Assembly (NCBI GenBank): GCA_951406725.2
Contig: OX597820.1
Span: 71,548,001-71,612,000 of the forward strand
Length of the DNA stretch: 64,000 bases
Reading direction: 5' to 3'
Origin: Octopus vulgaris
Lineage: Eukaryota
In this document: one piece after another, positions 12,139 to 25,799 of the stretch
Layout: every line of letters starts with the position of its first letter
Position numbering within the stretch: position 1 is the first letter of the stretch
Program-made: the position numbers and the translations under genes
Notes under the pieces: generated by a model
Databases searched by the model: none
The model's input: the letters and a program-made list of their open reading frames with translations, nothing else
What the model was told of the DNA's origin: nothing

Positions 12139-15100
12139 GAAAGATGGAAAGAGAAGGGAAGAGATGGGATTACGGCTTGAGGTAGCCTAGCCTAAGGTTA
12201 AATTTTGTAGAGAGAGAGATAGAAAGATAAATCAAGTTATGGCGAAGGCTTGAAAGTAGCCTTAAAAGGTTAAATTTTCGTAACAATGTATGAATAAACG
12301 TAGTAACAACGAATAGAAATATTAAGATAAATTTTTAAAGAACTTGCTGCGGACATCGGTCGGGAGTTGAAATTGAAGAAGTAAGTTAGTTGAATTGGGA
12401 ATTTAAATTGTAGAATCGTAATGGTAAGAGGAGGAAAAAAGACCGCCAAATGGCTGAAAGATGGAAAGAGATGGGAAGAGATGGGATTACGGCTTGAGGT
12501 AGCCTAGCCTAAGGTTAAATTTTGTAGAGAGAGAGATAGAAAGATAAATCAAGTTATGGCGAAGGCTTGAAAGTAGCCTTAAAAGGTTAAATTTTCGTAA
12601 CAATGTATGAATAAACGTAGTAACAACGAATAGAAATATTAAGATAAATTTTTAAAGAACTTGCTGCGGACATCGGTCGGGAGTTGAAATTGAAGAAGTA
12701 AGTTAGTTGAATTGGGAATTTAAATTGTAGAATCGTAATGGTAAGAGGAGGAAAAAAGACCGCCAAATGGCTGAAAGATGGAAAGAGATGGGAAGAGATG
12801 GGATTACGGCTTGAGGTAGCCTAGCCTAAGGTTAAATTTTGTAGAGAGAGAGATAGAAAGATAAATCAAGTTATGGCGAAGGCTTGAAAGTAGCCTTAAA
12901 AGGTTAAATTTTCGTAACAATGTATGAATAAACGTAGTAACAACGAATAGAAATATTAAGATAAATTTTTAAAGAACTTGCTGCGGACATCGGTCGGGAG
13001 TTGAAATTGAAGAAGTAAGTTAGTTGAATTGGGAATTTAAATTGTAGAATCGTAATGGTAAGAGGAGGAAAAAGACCGCCAAATGGCTGAAAGATGGAAA
13101 GAGATGGGAAGAGATGGGATTACGGCTTGAGGTAGCCTAGCCTAAGGTTAAATTTTGTAGAGAGAGAGATAGAAAGATAAATCAAGTTATGGCGAAGGCT
13201 TGAAAGTAGCCTTAAAAGGTTAAATTTTCGTAACAATGTATGAATAAACGTAGTAACAACGAATAGAAATATTAAGATAAATTTTTAAAGAACTTGCTGC
13301 GGACATCGGTCGGGAGTTGAAATTGAAGAAGTAAGTTAGTTGAATTGGGAATTTAAATTGTAGAATCGTAATGGTAAGAGGAGGAAAAAGACCGCCAAAT
13401 GGCTGAAAGATGGAAAGAGATGGGAAGAGATGGGATTACGGCTTGAGGTAGCCTAGCCTAAGGTTAAATTTTGTAGAGAGAGAGATAGAAAGATAAATCA
13501 AGTTATGGCGAAGGCTTGAAAGTAGCCTTAAAAGGTTAAATTTTCGTAACAATGTATGAATAAACGTAGTAACAACGAATAGAAATATTAAGATAAATTT
13601 TTAAAGAACTTGCTGCGGACATCGGTCGGGAGTTGAAATTGAAGAAGTAAGTTAGTTGAATTGGGAATTTAAATTGTAGAATCGTAATGGTAAGAGGAGG
13701 AAAAAAGACCGCCAATGGCTGAAAGATGGAAAGAGAAGGGAAGAGATGGGATTACGGCTTGAGGTAGCCTAGCCTAAGGTTAAATTTTGTAGAGAGAGAG
13801 ATAGAAAGATAAATCAAGTTATGGCGAAGGCTTGAAAGTAGCCTTAAAAGGTTAAATTTTCGTAACAATGTATGAATAAACGTAGTAACAACGAATAGAA
13901 ATATTAAGATAAATTTTTAAAGAACTTGCTGCGGACATCGGTCGGGAGTTGAAATTGAAGAAGTAAGTTAGTTGAATTGGGAATTTAAATTGTAGAATCG
14001 TAATGGTAAGAGGAGGAAAAAAGACCGCCAAATGGCTGAAAGATGGAAAGAGATGGGAAGAGATGGGATTACGGCTTGAGGTAGCCTAGCCTAAGGTTAA
14101 ATTTTGTAGAGAGAGAGATAGAAAGATAAATCAAGTTATGGCGAAGGCTTGAAAGTAGCCTTAAAAGGTTAAATTTTCGTAACAATGTATGAATAAACGT
14201 AGTAACAACGAATAGAAATATTAAGATAAATTTTTAAAGAACTTGCTGCGGACATCGGTCGGGAGTTGAAATTGAAGAAGTAAGTTAGTTGAATTGGGAA
14301 TTTAAATTGTAGAATCGTAATGGTAAGAGGAGGAAAAAAGACCGCCAAATGGCTGAAAGATGGAAAGAGATGGGAAGAGATGGGATTACGGCTTGAGGTA
14401 GCCTAGCCTAAGGTTAAATTTTGTAGAGAGAGAGATAGAAAGATAAATCAAGTTATGGCGAAGGCTTGAAAGTAGCCTTAAAAGGTTAAATTTTCGTAAC
14501 AATGTATGAATAAACGTAGTAACAACGAATAGAAATATTAAGATAAATTTTTAAAGAACTTGCTGCGGACATCGGTCGGGAGTTGAAATTGAAGAAGTAA
14601 GTTAGTTGAATTGGGAATTTAAATTGTAGAATCGTAATGGTAAGAGGAGGAAAAAAGACCGCCAAATGGCTGAAAGATGGAAAGAGATGGGAAGAGATGG
14701 GATTACGGCTTGAGGTAGCCTAGCCTAAGGTTAAATTTTGTAGAGAGAGAGATAGAAAGATAAATCAAGTTATGGCGAAGGCTTGAAAGTAGCCTTAAAA
14801 GGTTAAATTTTCGTAACAATGTATGAATAAACGTAGTAACAACGAATAGAAATATTAAGATAAATTTTTAAAGAACTTGCTGCGGACATCGGTCGGGAGT
14901 TGAAATTGAAGAAGTAAGTTAGTTGAATTGGGAATTTAAATTGTAGAATCGTAATGGTAAGAGGAGGAAAAAAGACCGCCAAATGGCTGAAAGATGGAAA
15001 GAGATGGGAAGAGATGGGATTACGGCTTGAGGTAGCCTAGCCTAAGGTTAAATTTTGTAGAGAGAGAGATAGAAAGATAAATCAAGTTATGGCGAAGGCT

Positions 15101-18100
15101 TGAAAGTAGCCTTAAAAGGTTAAATTTTCGTAACAATGTATGAATAAACGTAGTAACAACGAATAGAAATATTAAGATAAATTTTTAAAGAACTTGCTGC
15201 GGACATCGGTCGGGAGTTGAAATTGAAGAAGTAAGTTAGTTGAATTGGGAATTTAAATTGTAGAATCGTAATGGTAAGAGGAGGAAAAAAGACCGCCAAA
15301 TGGCTGAAAGATGGAAAGAGATGGGAAGAGATGGGATTACGGCTTGAGGTAGCCTAGCCTAAGGTTAAATTTTGTAGAGAGAGAGATAGAAAGATAAATC
15401 AAGTTATGGCGAAGGCTTGAAAGTAGCCTTAAAAGGTTAAATTTTCGTAACAATGTATGAATAAACGTAGTAACAACGAATAGAAATATTAAGATAAATT
15501 TTTAAAGAACTTGCTGCGGACATCGGTCGGGAGTTGAAATTGAAGAAGTAAGTTAGTTGAATTGGGAATTTAAATTGTAGAATCGTAATGGTAAGAGGAG
15601 GAAAAAAGACCGCCAAATGGCTGAAAGATGGAAAGAGATGGGAAGAGATGGGATTACGGCTTGAGGTAGCCTAGCCTAAGGTTAAATTTTGTAGAGAGAG
15701 AGATAGAAAGATAAATCAAGTTATGGCGAAGGCTTGAAAGTAGCCTTAAAAGGTTAAATTTTCGTAACAATGTATGAATAAACGTAGTAACAACGAATAG
15801 AAATATTAAGATAAATTTTTAAAGAACTTGCTGCGGACATCGGTCGGGAGTTGAAATTGAAGAAGTAAGTTAGTTGAATTGGGAATTTAAATTGTAGAAT
15901 CGTAATGGTAAGAGGAGGAAAAAAGACCGCCAAATGGCTGAAAGATGGAAAGAGATGGGAAGAGATGGGATTACGGCTTGAGGTAGCCTAGCCTAAGGTT
16001 AAATTTTGTAGAGAGAGAGATAGAAAGATAAATCAAGTTATGGCGAAGGCTTGAAAGTAGCCTTAAAAGGTTAAATTTTCGTAACAATGTATGAATAAAC
16101 GTAGTAACAACGAATAGAAATATTAAGATAAATTTTTAAAGAACTTGCTGCGGACATCGGTCGGGAGTTGAAATTGAAGAAGTAAGTTAGTTGAATTGGG
16201 AATTTAAATTGTAGAATCGTAATGGTAAGAGGAGGAAAAAAGACCGCCAAATGGCTGAAAGATGGAAAGAGATGGGAAGAGATGGGATTACGGCTTGAGG
16301 TAGCCTAGCCTAAGGTTAAATTTTGTAGAGAGAGAGATAGAAAGATAAATCAAGTTATGGCGAAGGCTTGAAAGTAGCCTTAAAAGGTTAAATTTTCGTA
16401 ACAATGTATGAATAAACGTAGTAACAACGAATAGAAATATTAAGATAAATTTTTAAAGAACTTGCTGCGGACATCGGTCGGGAGTTGAAATTGAAGAAGT
16501 AAGTTAGTTGAATTGGGAATTTAAATTGTAGAATCGTAATGGTAAGAGGAGGAAAAAAGACCGCCAAATGGCTGAAAGATGGAAAGAGATGGGAAGAGAT
16601 GGGATTACGGCTTGAGGTAGCCTAGCCTAAGGTTAAATTTTGTAGAGAGAGAGATAGAAAGATAAATCAAGTTATGGCGAAGGCTTGAAAGTAGCCTTAA
16701 AAGGTTAAATTTTCGTAACAATGTATGAATAAACGTAGTAACAACGAATAGAAATATTAAGATAAATTTTTAAAGAACTTGCTGCGGACATCGGTCGGGA
16801 GTTGAAATTGAAGAAGTAAGTTAGTTGAATTGGGAATTTAAATTGTAGAATCGTAATGGTAAGAGGAGGAAAAAAGACCGCCAAATGGCTGAAAGATGGA
16901 AAGAGATGGGAAGAGATGGGATTACGGCTTGAGGTAGCCTAGCCTAAGGTTAAATTTTGTAGAGAGAGAGATAGAAAGATAAATCAAGTTATGGCGAAGG
17001 CTTGAAAGTAGCCTTAAAAGGTTAAATTTTCGTAACAATGTATGAATAAACGTAGTAACAACGAATAGAAATATTAAGATAAATTTTTAAAGAACTTGCT
17101 GCGGACATCGGTCGGGAGTTGAAATTGAAGAAGTAAGTTAGTTGAATTGGGAATTTAAATTGTAGAATCGTAATGGTAAGAGGAGGAAAAAAGACCGCCA
17201 AATGGCTGAAAGATGGAAAGAGATGGGAAGAGATGGGATTACGGCTTGAGGTAGCCTAGCCTAAGGTTAAATTTTGTAGAGAGAGAGATAGAAAGATAAA
17301 TCAAGTTATGGCGAAGGCTTGAAAGTAGCCTTAAAAGGTTAAATTTTCGTAACAATGTATGAATAAACGTAGTAACAACGAATAGAAATATTAAGATAAA
17401 TTTTTAAAGAACTTGCTGCGGACATCGGTCGGGAGTTGAAATTGAAGAAGTAAGTTAGTTGAATTGGGAATTTAAATTGTAGAATCGTAATGGTAAGAGG
17501 AGGAAAAAAGACCGCCAAATGGCTGAAAGATGGAAAGAGATGGGAAGAGATGGGATTACGGCTTGAGGTAGCCTAGCCTAAGGTTAAATTTTGTAGAGAG
17601 AGAGATAGAAAGATAAATCAAGTTATGGCGAAGGCTTGAAAGTAGCCTTAAAAGGTTAAATTTTCGTAACAATGTATGAATAAACGTAGTAACAACGAAT
17701 AGAAATATTAAGATAAATTTTTAAAGAACTTGCTGCGGACATCGGTCGGGAGTTGAAATTGAAGAAGTAAGTTAGTTGAATTGGGAATTTAAATTGTAGA
17801 ATCGTAATGGTAAGAGGAGGAAAAAAGACCGCCAAATGGCTGAAAGATGGAAAGAGATGGGAAGAGATGGGATTACGGCTTGAGGTAGCCTAGCCTAAGG
17901 TTAAATTTTGTAGAGAGAGAGATAGAAAGATAAATCAAGTTATGGCGAAGGCTTGAAAGTAGCCTTAAAAGGTTAAATTTTCGTAACAATGTATGAATAA
18001 ACGTAGTAACAACGAATAGAAATATTAAGATAAATTTTTAAAGAACTTGCTGCGGACATCGGTCGGGAGTTGAAATTGAAGAAGTAAGTTAGTTGAATTG

Positions 18101-18851
18101 GGAATTTAAATTGTAGAATCGTAATGGTAAGAGGAGGAAAAAAGACCGCCAAATGGCTGAAAGATGGAAAGAGATGGGAAGAGATGGGATTACGGCTTGA
18201 GGTAGCCTAGCCTAAGGTTAAATTTTGTAGAGAGAGAGATAGAAAGATAAATCAAGTTATGGCGAAGGCTTGAAAGTAGCCTTAAAAGGTTAAATTTTCG
18301 TAACAATGTATGAATAAACGTAGTAACAACGAATAGAAATATTAAGATAAATTTTTAAAGAACTTGCTGCGGACATCGGTCGGGAGTTGAAATTGAAGAA
18401 GTAAGTTAGTTGAATTGGGAATTTAAATTGTAGAATCGTAATGGTAAGAGGAGGAAAAAAGACCGCCAAATGGCTGAAAGATGGAAAGAGATGGGAAGAG
18501 ATGGGATTACGGCTTGAGGTAGCCTAGCCTAAGGTTAAATTTTGTAGAGAGAGAGATAGAAAGATAAATCAAGTTATGGCGAAGGCTTGAAAGTAGCCTT
18601 AAAAGGTTAAATTTTCGTAACAATGTATGAATAAACGTAGTAACAACGAATAGAAATATTAAGATAAATTTTTAAAGAACTTGCTGCGGACATCGGTCGG
18701 GAGTTGAAATTGAAGAAGTAAGTTAGTTGAATTGGGAATTTAAATTGTAGAATCGTAATGGTAAGAGGAGGAAAAAAGACCGCCAAATGGCTGAAAGATG
18801 GAAAGAGATGGGAAGAGATGGGATTACGGCTTGAGGTAGCCTAGCCTAAGG

Positions 18852-18854
<3 letters not shown>
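12139..18854. repeat. Tandem array, 317-bp unit, 21 full copies + ~62-bp partial, near-identical
   Basis: Unit starts at 12139, 12456, 12773, 13089, 13405, 13721, 14038, then every 317 bp to 18793. Confidence 0.98.
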
Positions 18855-18887
<33 letters not shown>

Positions 18888-18900
18888 GATATATGTATAT

Positions 18901-20270
18901 CATTATTATCATCATTATCATTTAATGTTCAGTGCTGGAATGGGTTGGATGGTTTGACAGAATCCAGTTTATTCAAAGACTGCATCATCCTCCAATGTCT
19001 GTTTTGGTATGGTTTCTACGGCAGAATGTTATTTTTAATGTCAACCACTTCACATCATGGAATGGGTGCCTTTTTCATGCTACCAGTACTATGGAGGTCA
19101 CCATACAGTACACAGGATACAAACCATGAAAGAGGTGTAGGAGTCAGCTTCATACTTAGGGAGAAAGAAATTACTATGAAAAAGTGGGGAGCAGAGCATG
19201 TTCTTGTAGAGGAATCCAAAGGCTATTCACATTTAGAAGGGTAAAGAGGAAGAGAGAAAGAGTAAATGATCAGTAGAAGCTACCAGAGAGAGATAATACC
19301 GTGGAGATGTCCAGATGGTCCAACAAAGCACAGACTGAGAAGAAATGGGTGGGTGATTTGCAAGATTGTATGGGTAGAATGAGGGGATGCAGGGAAAAAA
19401 TCTTTGTTGTTCAAAGTGGTAGTAGCTCCCTCAACTTTTCCAACCAGTTCTTACTCTAGCTGCTATACTTTCAGAGCAACCACCCACTTGATAATTACAT
19501 GTCCTAGATAACAAAAGCTATCAATTACTTCATATAAACCATTTTGAGCAATTAAGGTACTCAGTTTCAGGTGTGCTTGTAGATAATGCTCCACTGCATT
19601 TATCACATATGAAACTTATATTCTTGGATAGTCTGCCAGTGATTCCACTACATTTCTTGTATGTCTATGGCTTACATTGAGTACAATCTAAGGAGTTAAA
19701 TAGCTGCCTTTTTCTTAATTATCACACAAGCCATTTCTCTGAAAGTACCATGGTCTTGTCTTTTTTCCTACTTACTAAAACCTTCACCTTGGCCAGGTTT
19801 CTCTTAGCGCCTCTTCAATCCAGGTTTAGCTTCTAATGCCTGGAATTTTTTCTCTAATTCCCCAACAGATTCAGCTATGACAACTGCATCATCAGCATAT
19901 AAGAGTTCTCATGGGCAATCAGTCTCCTCAATGATGGATTGTAGGACTATGTTGAATAGGAGAGGACTGAGGATTGAACCTTGAGTTCCTACCTTCATGC
20001 TAAATTCACCATGAAGTTACTATTCTCTCTCACTTTACTGTATCCTTGTACATAACTTGAACTACTCACACAAGCCATTAATATACACCTAGTTTGCTCC
20101 AAGCCTACCAAACTTTTGAGAATGGTACCCTGTCAAATGCTTTCTTCAAATCAAGTTTATTCTTAGCTAGATATTTCTCCTGCAGTTGCCTCACAAGTAG
20201 ATTGCATCTGTGGTGTTACTTCTGGGGACAAAACCAAATTGTGCTTCATCCAGGTCTACTCAGAATTTTA
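18901..20270 (-). mobile_element. Old RTE: diverged 3' tail, purine-skewed UTR-like segment and RT remnant
   Basis: Diverged tail at 18901-19090; minus-strand EVIDSFCYLG (~19510), ELLYADD (~19900) and KAFDRV (~20135). Confidence 0.7.
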
Positions 20271-21175
20271 TTTTTTTGCACGAATGCTTGTTTTCAAACT
20301 GACGACTGTTATGATCCAGTCAGTACTGATAATGCAATTGAATTGCAAATGTCAAGAAGCATTTTATTCAGTATTTGTGTGCATTCTTTCAATGGCTTCC
20401 CTCTGTTCATCGTTTGTTACTAATTTTGTTTTGTAAACTTTATCTTTTAGATATCCTTTTAAAAGATGTTTAGTGGGGGTGAGGTCCAGTAAAAATGGAG
20501 TATGTTCTACTGAGCCTCATCATCCAATCCACCTGTATAGCAAAATCTCATAAAGGTAGGCCTTTGCATTACTATGGCAGTGTATGGGTGCTCTATCTTG
20601 CCGGGAATAAAACATCACACCTTCAAAATCATCTTAAATGCTTGGCATGACAGATTGCAACAGGAAGTCAAATTAAATGTGACTAGTCATAGTACAATCA
20701 AAATAAAAGGCCAATTAATCTTTTTTGATGATAAGCATCACCATTCAGTAACTACTATGGCACTGGCATAAGTACCTTTTATGTGGCACTGGCACAGGTA
20801 ATTTTCTACAAGGCACTGCTATAGAGGCATTTTACATGGAACTAGCACAGGGCTCTTGCAAGGTAAAAACCTTTTAGCTGGGAGGGGAGCATTAGCAATT
20901 TTGCTGTGGTGGACAGATCTTCTTGATTACAGCAATGTGCTAGATAGCTCAGTCCTTTGTCATCTCCTTAAGAAGGCCCAGTGTTCAGAGATCGGCCTTC
21001 AGTACTTAATCCCATGTCTTCTTGATCTCCTTCTTCCATGCATTCCACCTACTTTAAGTGATTGGTACTTTTTTATACAGCAGTCTACAACCAAACCAGC
21101 ACAGTTTGCTCTCTAAATTGTGTATACATTTTTTTTTTTGGATACCATGCACATATATATATGTGTGTATATATA

Positions 21176-21668
21176 CATCATCATCATCACCATCATCATT
21201 TAATGTCCATTGTCCACACTGGCATTGGTTGAACACTTTGACCAGGGCTGATAAGCTGGGTGGGTGGGGGACTGCACCAGACTCCAATCTGATATGGCAT
21301 GGTTTCTATGGCTGGATACTCTTCCTAACACCAACCACTCTGAGAGTGTAATGGATGCTTTTGCATGCCACCAGCATGGATGTGAGTTGCATGACACAGT
21401 ATCTGCCATGGCTATGACTTCACTCAGCTTGATGGGTCTTCTTCTCAAGCACAGCATATTGCCAATGGTTTCGATCATTCTATGAGTCCCACTGGTTAAA
21501 AGATCATGCTTCACCACTTCATCCTATGTCTTCTTGGGTCTACCTCTTCACCAGGTTCCCTCCCCTGTTAGAGATCAGCACTTCTTCACACTACTGTCCA
21601 CATCCATACACATCAAATAACCATACTAACACCACATCTGATGCCTTTTATGCCTAACTTTTCTCTTT
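21176..21668 (-). mobile_element. 5'-truncated RTE 3' fragment
   Basis: (CAT)n tail, conserved 3' end, and RGRPKKT*DEVVKHDL on the minus strand; an older fragment lies at ~20770-21095. Confidence 0.85.
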
Positions 21669-21766
21669 TAATGGATTTTTTTCTGTTTCAAAGAACAATA
21701 AGCCACAAAAGATTATTTTATATTTCACAGTAAGGCAGCCAGGATTGCCAGGTTTGTGAATAAAAA

Positions 21767-22204
21767 TCCGAGTGTTAAGGAATGGAGCAGATAAAATCTG
21801 GGCTACATATGTTTACATAGTGAGCAGAACCTCAGAAGTGGTAACTATCCAAGCAAGGTGTATACCGCAGGTTACTCTTCAGGCCAAGAGTATTTTGATT
21901 AAATGAAGTGTACATTGTTGTTAGGAAGTCCATGTTAATGCATGGAGGATTCGATCTGAATGCTCGAGTATTCTGTGTTAACATGGGCCCCTTAATGACA
22001 ATGTAATGTGATAACTGTGTGCCATTCTGATTGAACCTTCCATGTGTTAACATGGGCCTCTTAACAACAATGTAAATTTGATTTAATTAAGATACCCTTG
22101 GCCTGAAGGGTAGCCTGTGGTATACACCTCGCTTGGATATTTACCATTTCGCTATAAAACATATGTAGCCTGGATTTTATCTACTCCATTCCTTAATTCT
22201 TGGA
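21767..22204. mobile_element. Foldback/MITE-like element with ~190-bp inverted arms
   Basis: Left arm ttaaggaatggagcagataaaatctgggctacatatgttt..tatccaagcaaggtgtatacc..cttcaggccaag is the reverse complement, with mismatches, of 22020-22204. Confidence 0.85.
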
Positions 22205-23773
22205 AGTGTGTGTGTGCGCACATGTACACAGTGTGTAGTTATTCATTGTTGTGAGAGAATTTATTTTTTCTGGAATAGTATATCTCAAAGCGCGCCATAA
22301 AACCATTAACAATATCAGCCTTTGACTTTTTCTATCCAATATTTATATGCCATTGTTCTTAGCTTTATGTGTGTGCTTCAAGATACCATTTTATAAATAT
22401 GCATACATGGCAAATACTTTAGTGACAATTTAGTCATAAGGGAGTAGGAAGTTAATGGGTAATATGTATAAACATGAGTTTCAGATAGCTGTTTGATGGA
22501 AAAGATATAAACTTCAAAAAATGACAATAATGGTGTCAAAATCATTTAGTACTCTAATTGTAATTACTCTGAAATCATAGACATGCAAAGACTGTGATTT
22601 GAAAACTGTAAGTGATTAGAATACCAAACAATGTTGTTAGGGAAATGTATTTTGAAAGTTATTTTGTGTAGTTGTTCAGTGATTAAACCAGTATCTATAA
22701 ATGTCTGCATCAATACACTATAAAAAATTAAGATAAAGGAATCAAGATCAGCATTAAGATTACAGTTTTGAAAATTAACTGTATAATGAAATTATTTCTG
22801 TAATTACTCTATACTGTCAATAATGCAAATCCATTCACTGTCTCATTTAACAGCATGCACTCTAATATAGACGATAAGACCCTTACCATTTCCCTTAACT
22901 TTGCACACACACTCACACACATGCACACACATGCATAACCCCCACACACACAGTCACTATTAGCATCATCATCTAAATGCTACCTAAACATTTCCTAAAA
23001 TATTGCCAACTATAACAACATCTGTCAGCAAGAAAATTGCAATCAAGATTCCTTTGACATTATCAGGACACAATCACAGCATATATCAATAAAACAAATT
23101 TGCATCACAATATCCATGTACAAGAACAACATACAATTAGATATCTGAAAGTTGCTACAAATGTTAAACCTTACAATTGATGATCTCTCTTGACGTTGTC
23201 ACATATGTAGCATTGCTGAGGTTACATCTCAAAGACTAAATTTCCACTTCAGAACCAGAAAATACTTTAGTGCTGATAAATTTTTGGCTTTCTGGAATGC
23301 TTAATTGTGTCTTTCATTGGAATGTTACTCAGTGGATAAAGTGGATGGCTCCTCTCCAGCACTGGTGCTACAATAAAGTGCTCACTATACCATGTAAAAT
23401 GCTTAATGTTTGGAAAGGTAACAAGTCATAGAATCCAAGTCCAAAATAAGCAAGATGCAATCCTTTGACTCATCTAGGTGAGCAGTATTTTCAAAGAGCA
23501 GTATTCTCAAATATGTTCTGACTCCAACCATGGCAACAAGCACAAACTATACCAGCATGGAAAGCAAATGTATGTGTATTATCTAGGTTGATCCAGAGCA
23601 ACAATCCATTGAATCAGCCTAAAGACATTATTTCACCCTCCCTCAGCTTATATATTTTGTTGTTATGATTTTGTCTTTATTTGCCATTGTAGTATTTTGT
23701 TATGTTGTATAATTGTGTCAGGAAGACATTCGGCAAGAAATGGAAACAGAATTGAAAGAAAATGATAATGAAG

Positions 23774-23828
<55 letters not shown>

Positions 23829-23864
23829 TAATAATAATAATAGCAACAATAACAACAACAATAA
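23774..23864. repeat. (AAT)n/(AAC) microsatellite
   Basis: Read directly. Confidence 0.95.
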
Positions 23865-25799
23865 CTATGATAGTAATATATAGGAGATAGAAATATTTTA
23901 ATGTTGCAGAAACATAATGAGAAATTTAACAGTATATAGGCAATGATTTAAATATATTACTGTACTATATTTTATTTAAAATAAATGTTACTAAAAGATA
24001 TGAATGAACAAACACACAGAGAAACACACACAGACACATGTGCACACACAGTACTGCTTTCAATCAATAACATTTATTATATTACTTGAGTTTCATTCAA
24101 TTACATATCTATTTATTGAATTACTATTTCTTTTAACTTTAATTAAGACTACATATCAATTTCTAAACCAAATTCAGATGAAATCTACACTGTTATTTTT
24201 CATGATATAACTATGGTTAATATAAAGGAGTTTTAATTTACCAGCTTTCTCTTAAGTCACTAAATCTTGCTAAATTAGCCAACTTTCATACAGCAGTATG
24301 AAGGAAATGACAAATGTAGTCATGTCTTTAAATTAAAATGGATAAAACTGATGTTCTCTGCAATTAACAAGTGGTCATTTCTTCATTTTGACAGTTAATT
24401 GTGGTGTTCATAATGAAATTATCCACATTCATAATATTGTATATTAACTTACACACAAGGCCAAGTATTTTGCAAACACTGCACTGGGCTGGTACTTTGT
24501 CTTATCACTCATGTATGAGTGAAAGGCAGCTTAATTCACATTATTGATAATTAATTCCTGCAAATATACACAAAAAAAAGACATCTCTTTGTCATTTATT
24601 GTTGGCTAGTTTAAAATTTTCAATTTATAATTATCTTCACCCCTATTTTATAATAATGTAGCTTAATGTTGTTAGTACCTTTAGATCTACATAATATTAT
24701 TACTCTTTATGAGGAATTTTTATATCTCACTGTTTAAAATATGAGTTCTAGATTATTGCTGGTTTAAAACATTTTCTTGCCAAATTACCAGTCAGTTACA
24801 AATAGCTTAAATATTTTACTTAAGCTTAGCGCCATTTTTCTTCTTTTGGAATTTACCAATAATATATATTTCTGACTCAGCATTTTATGCAAACATTTAT
24901 GGAAATGCTTATGATCTTAACAATATGTGCTAATTTGTTTTAATCCATCTTTCTATAAAACAAACTTGTTTAGTGAATTCGATCTGAATGTATTAGTTTG
25001 TAATATAGATGGTTTGGATGCAATACTCCATTTTCTTTTTTTTTCAAGACAGCAGCGAAGAAAATAGATGCCAGATTATTTATGATCAAATTTTCTAATA
25101 CATATTTATGAAATCTTGTTAATGTAGCACAAATATTATTAAAATTCTCTTTGCATGTTTTTAAATTTGAAGCCAACTAAACTCCTTATTTCAGGAGTTA
25201 CAATAGAAGACTTTTGAACAAATTAAAATAAAATTCTAATAAGTCATTATTTATTTCATATTGTCATGGTGAAAATATAACAAAGCAAATTAATCAAGTA
25301 ACAATATTGTTGCTCTTCCACATCTCAATTTCAAAGTTTCCCAGAATGTTATTAAAGATGAATTGAGAAATAAACAATAAAATGCTAACTCATATTTTAG
25401 GATTGTCTGTACTTTGACAAATAGATAATAAAACATTTTGCAGTATTTTAAACACAGCTACGTGATATATTGTGTTGAATTATTTCTTACTTAAACTCAA
25501 CTATAATTTCTCTTTCTTATATATTTCTACAAAAATAATGTGGGCATTATCAGTTAGTTGACCATAAGTCAGAAGAAAAGAATACTCAATGTGGGAAAAA
25601 GAGTGGTTATACTTTTACACCACTGAGGAGTATGTTGATGGTTGTGGCCTAAGATTTAGACTTCATGTTGACTGTTGCACTTGACAGTATTGATAACTCT
25701 TCCAACATGCTGACCAGAAGTGCATAGCCTCTTTTATGCTGAAGGTGTATATAGAGCAAGCAAAGTTTGCAATGCTTACTTCCATTTAGATATGACCCA

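Larger units (their letters stand above)
11528..18854 (-). mobile_element. RTE-tailed non-coding insert with G-rich body and 317-bp tandem array, flanked by (TA)n
   Basis: (CAT)n tail and RTE 3' end at 11528-11790, body 11790-12138, array to 18854, (TA)n directly on both sides. A 29-bp body segment (11851-11879) recurs in every array unit. Confidence 0.6.

Noticed and set aside
12139-18854. Hammerhead retrozyme or twister ribozyme in the 317-bp unit
   Set aside because: I see no CUGANGA core on either strand (ctgaaaga is off by one). The CAAGCC hairpins lack the other twister elements. The unit is also not 5S rRNA, tRNA or a recognisable snRNA.
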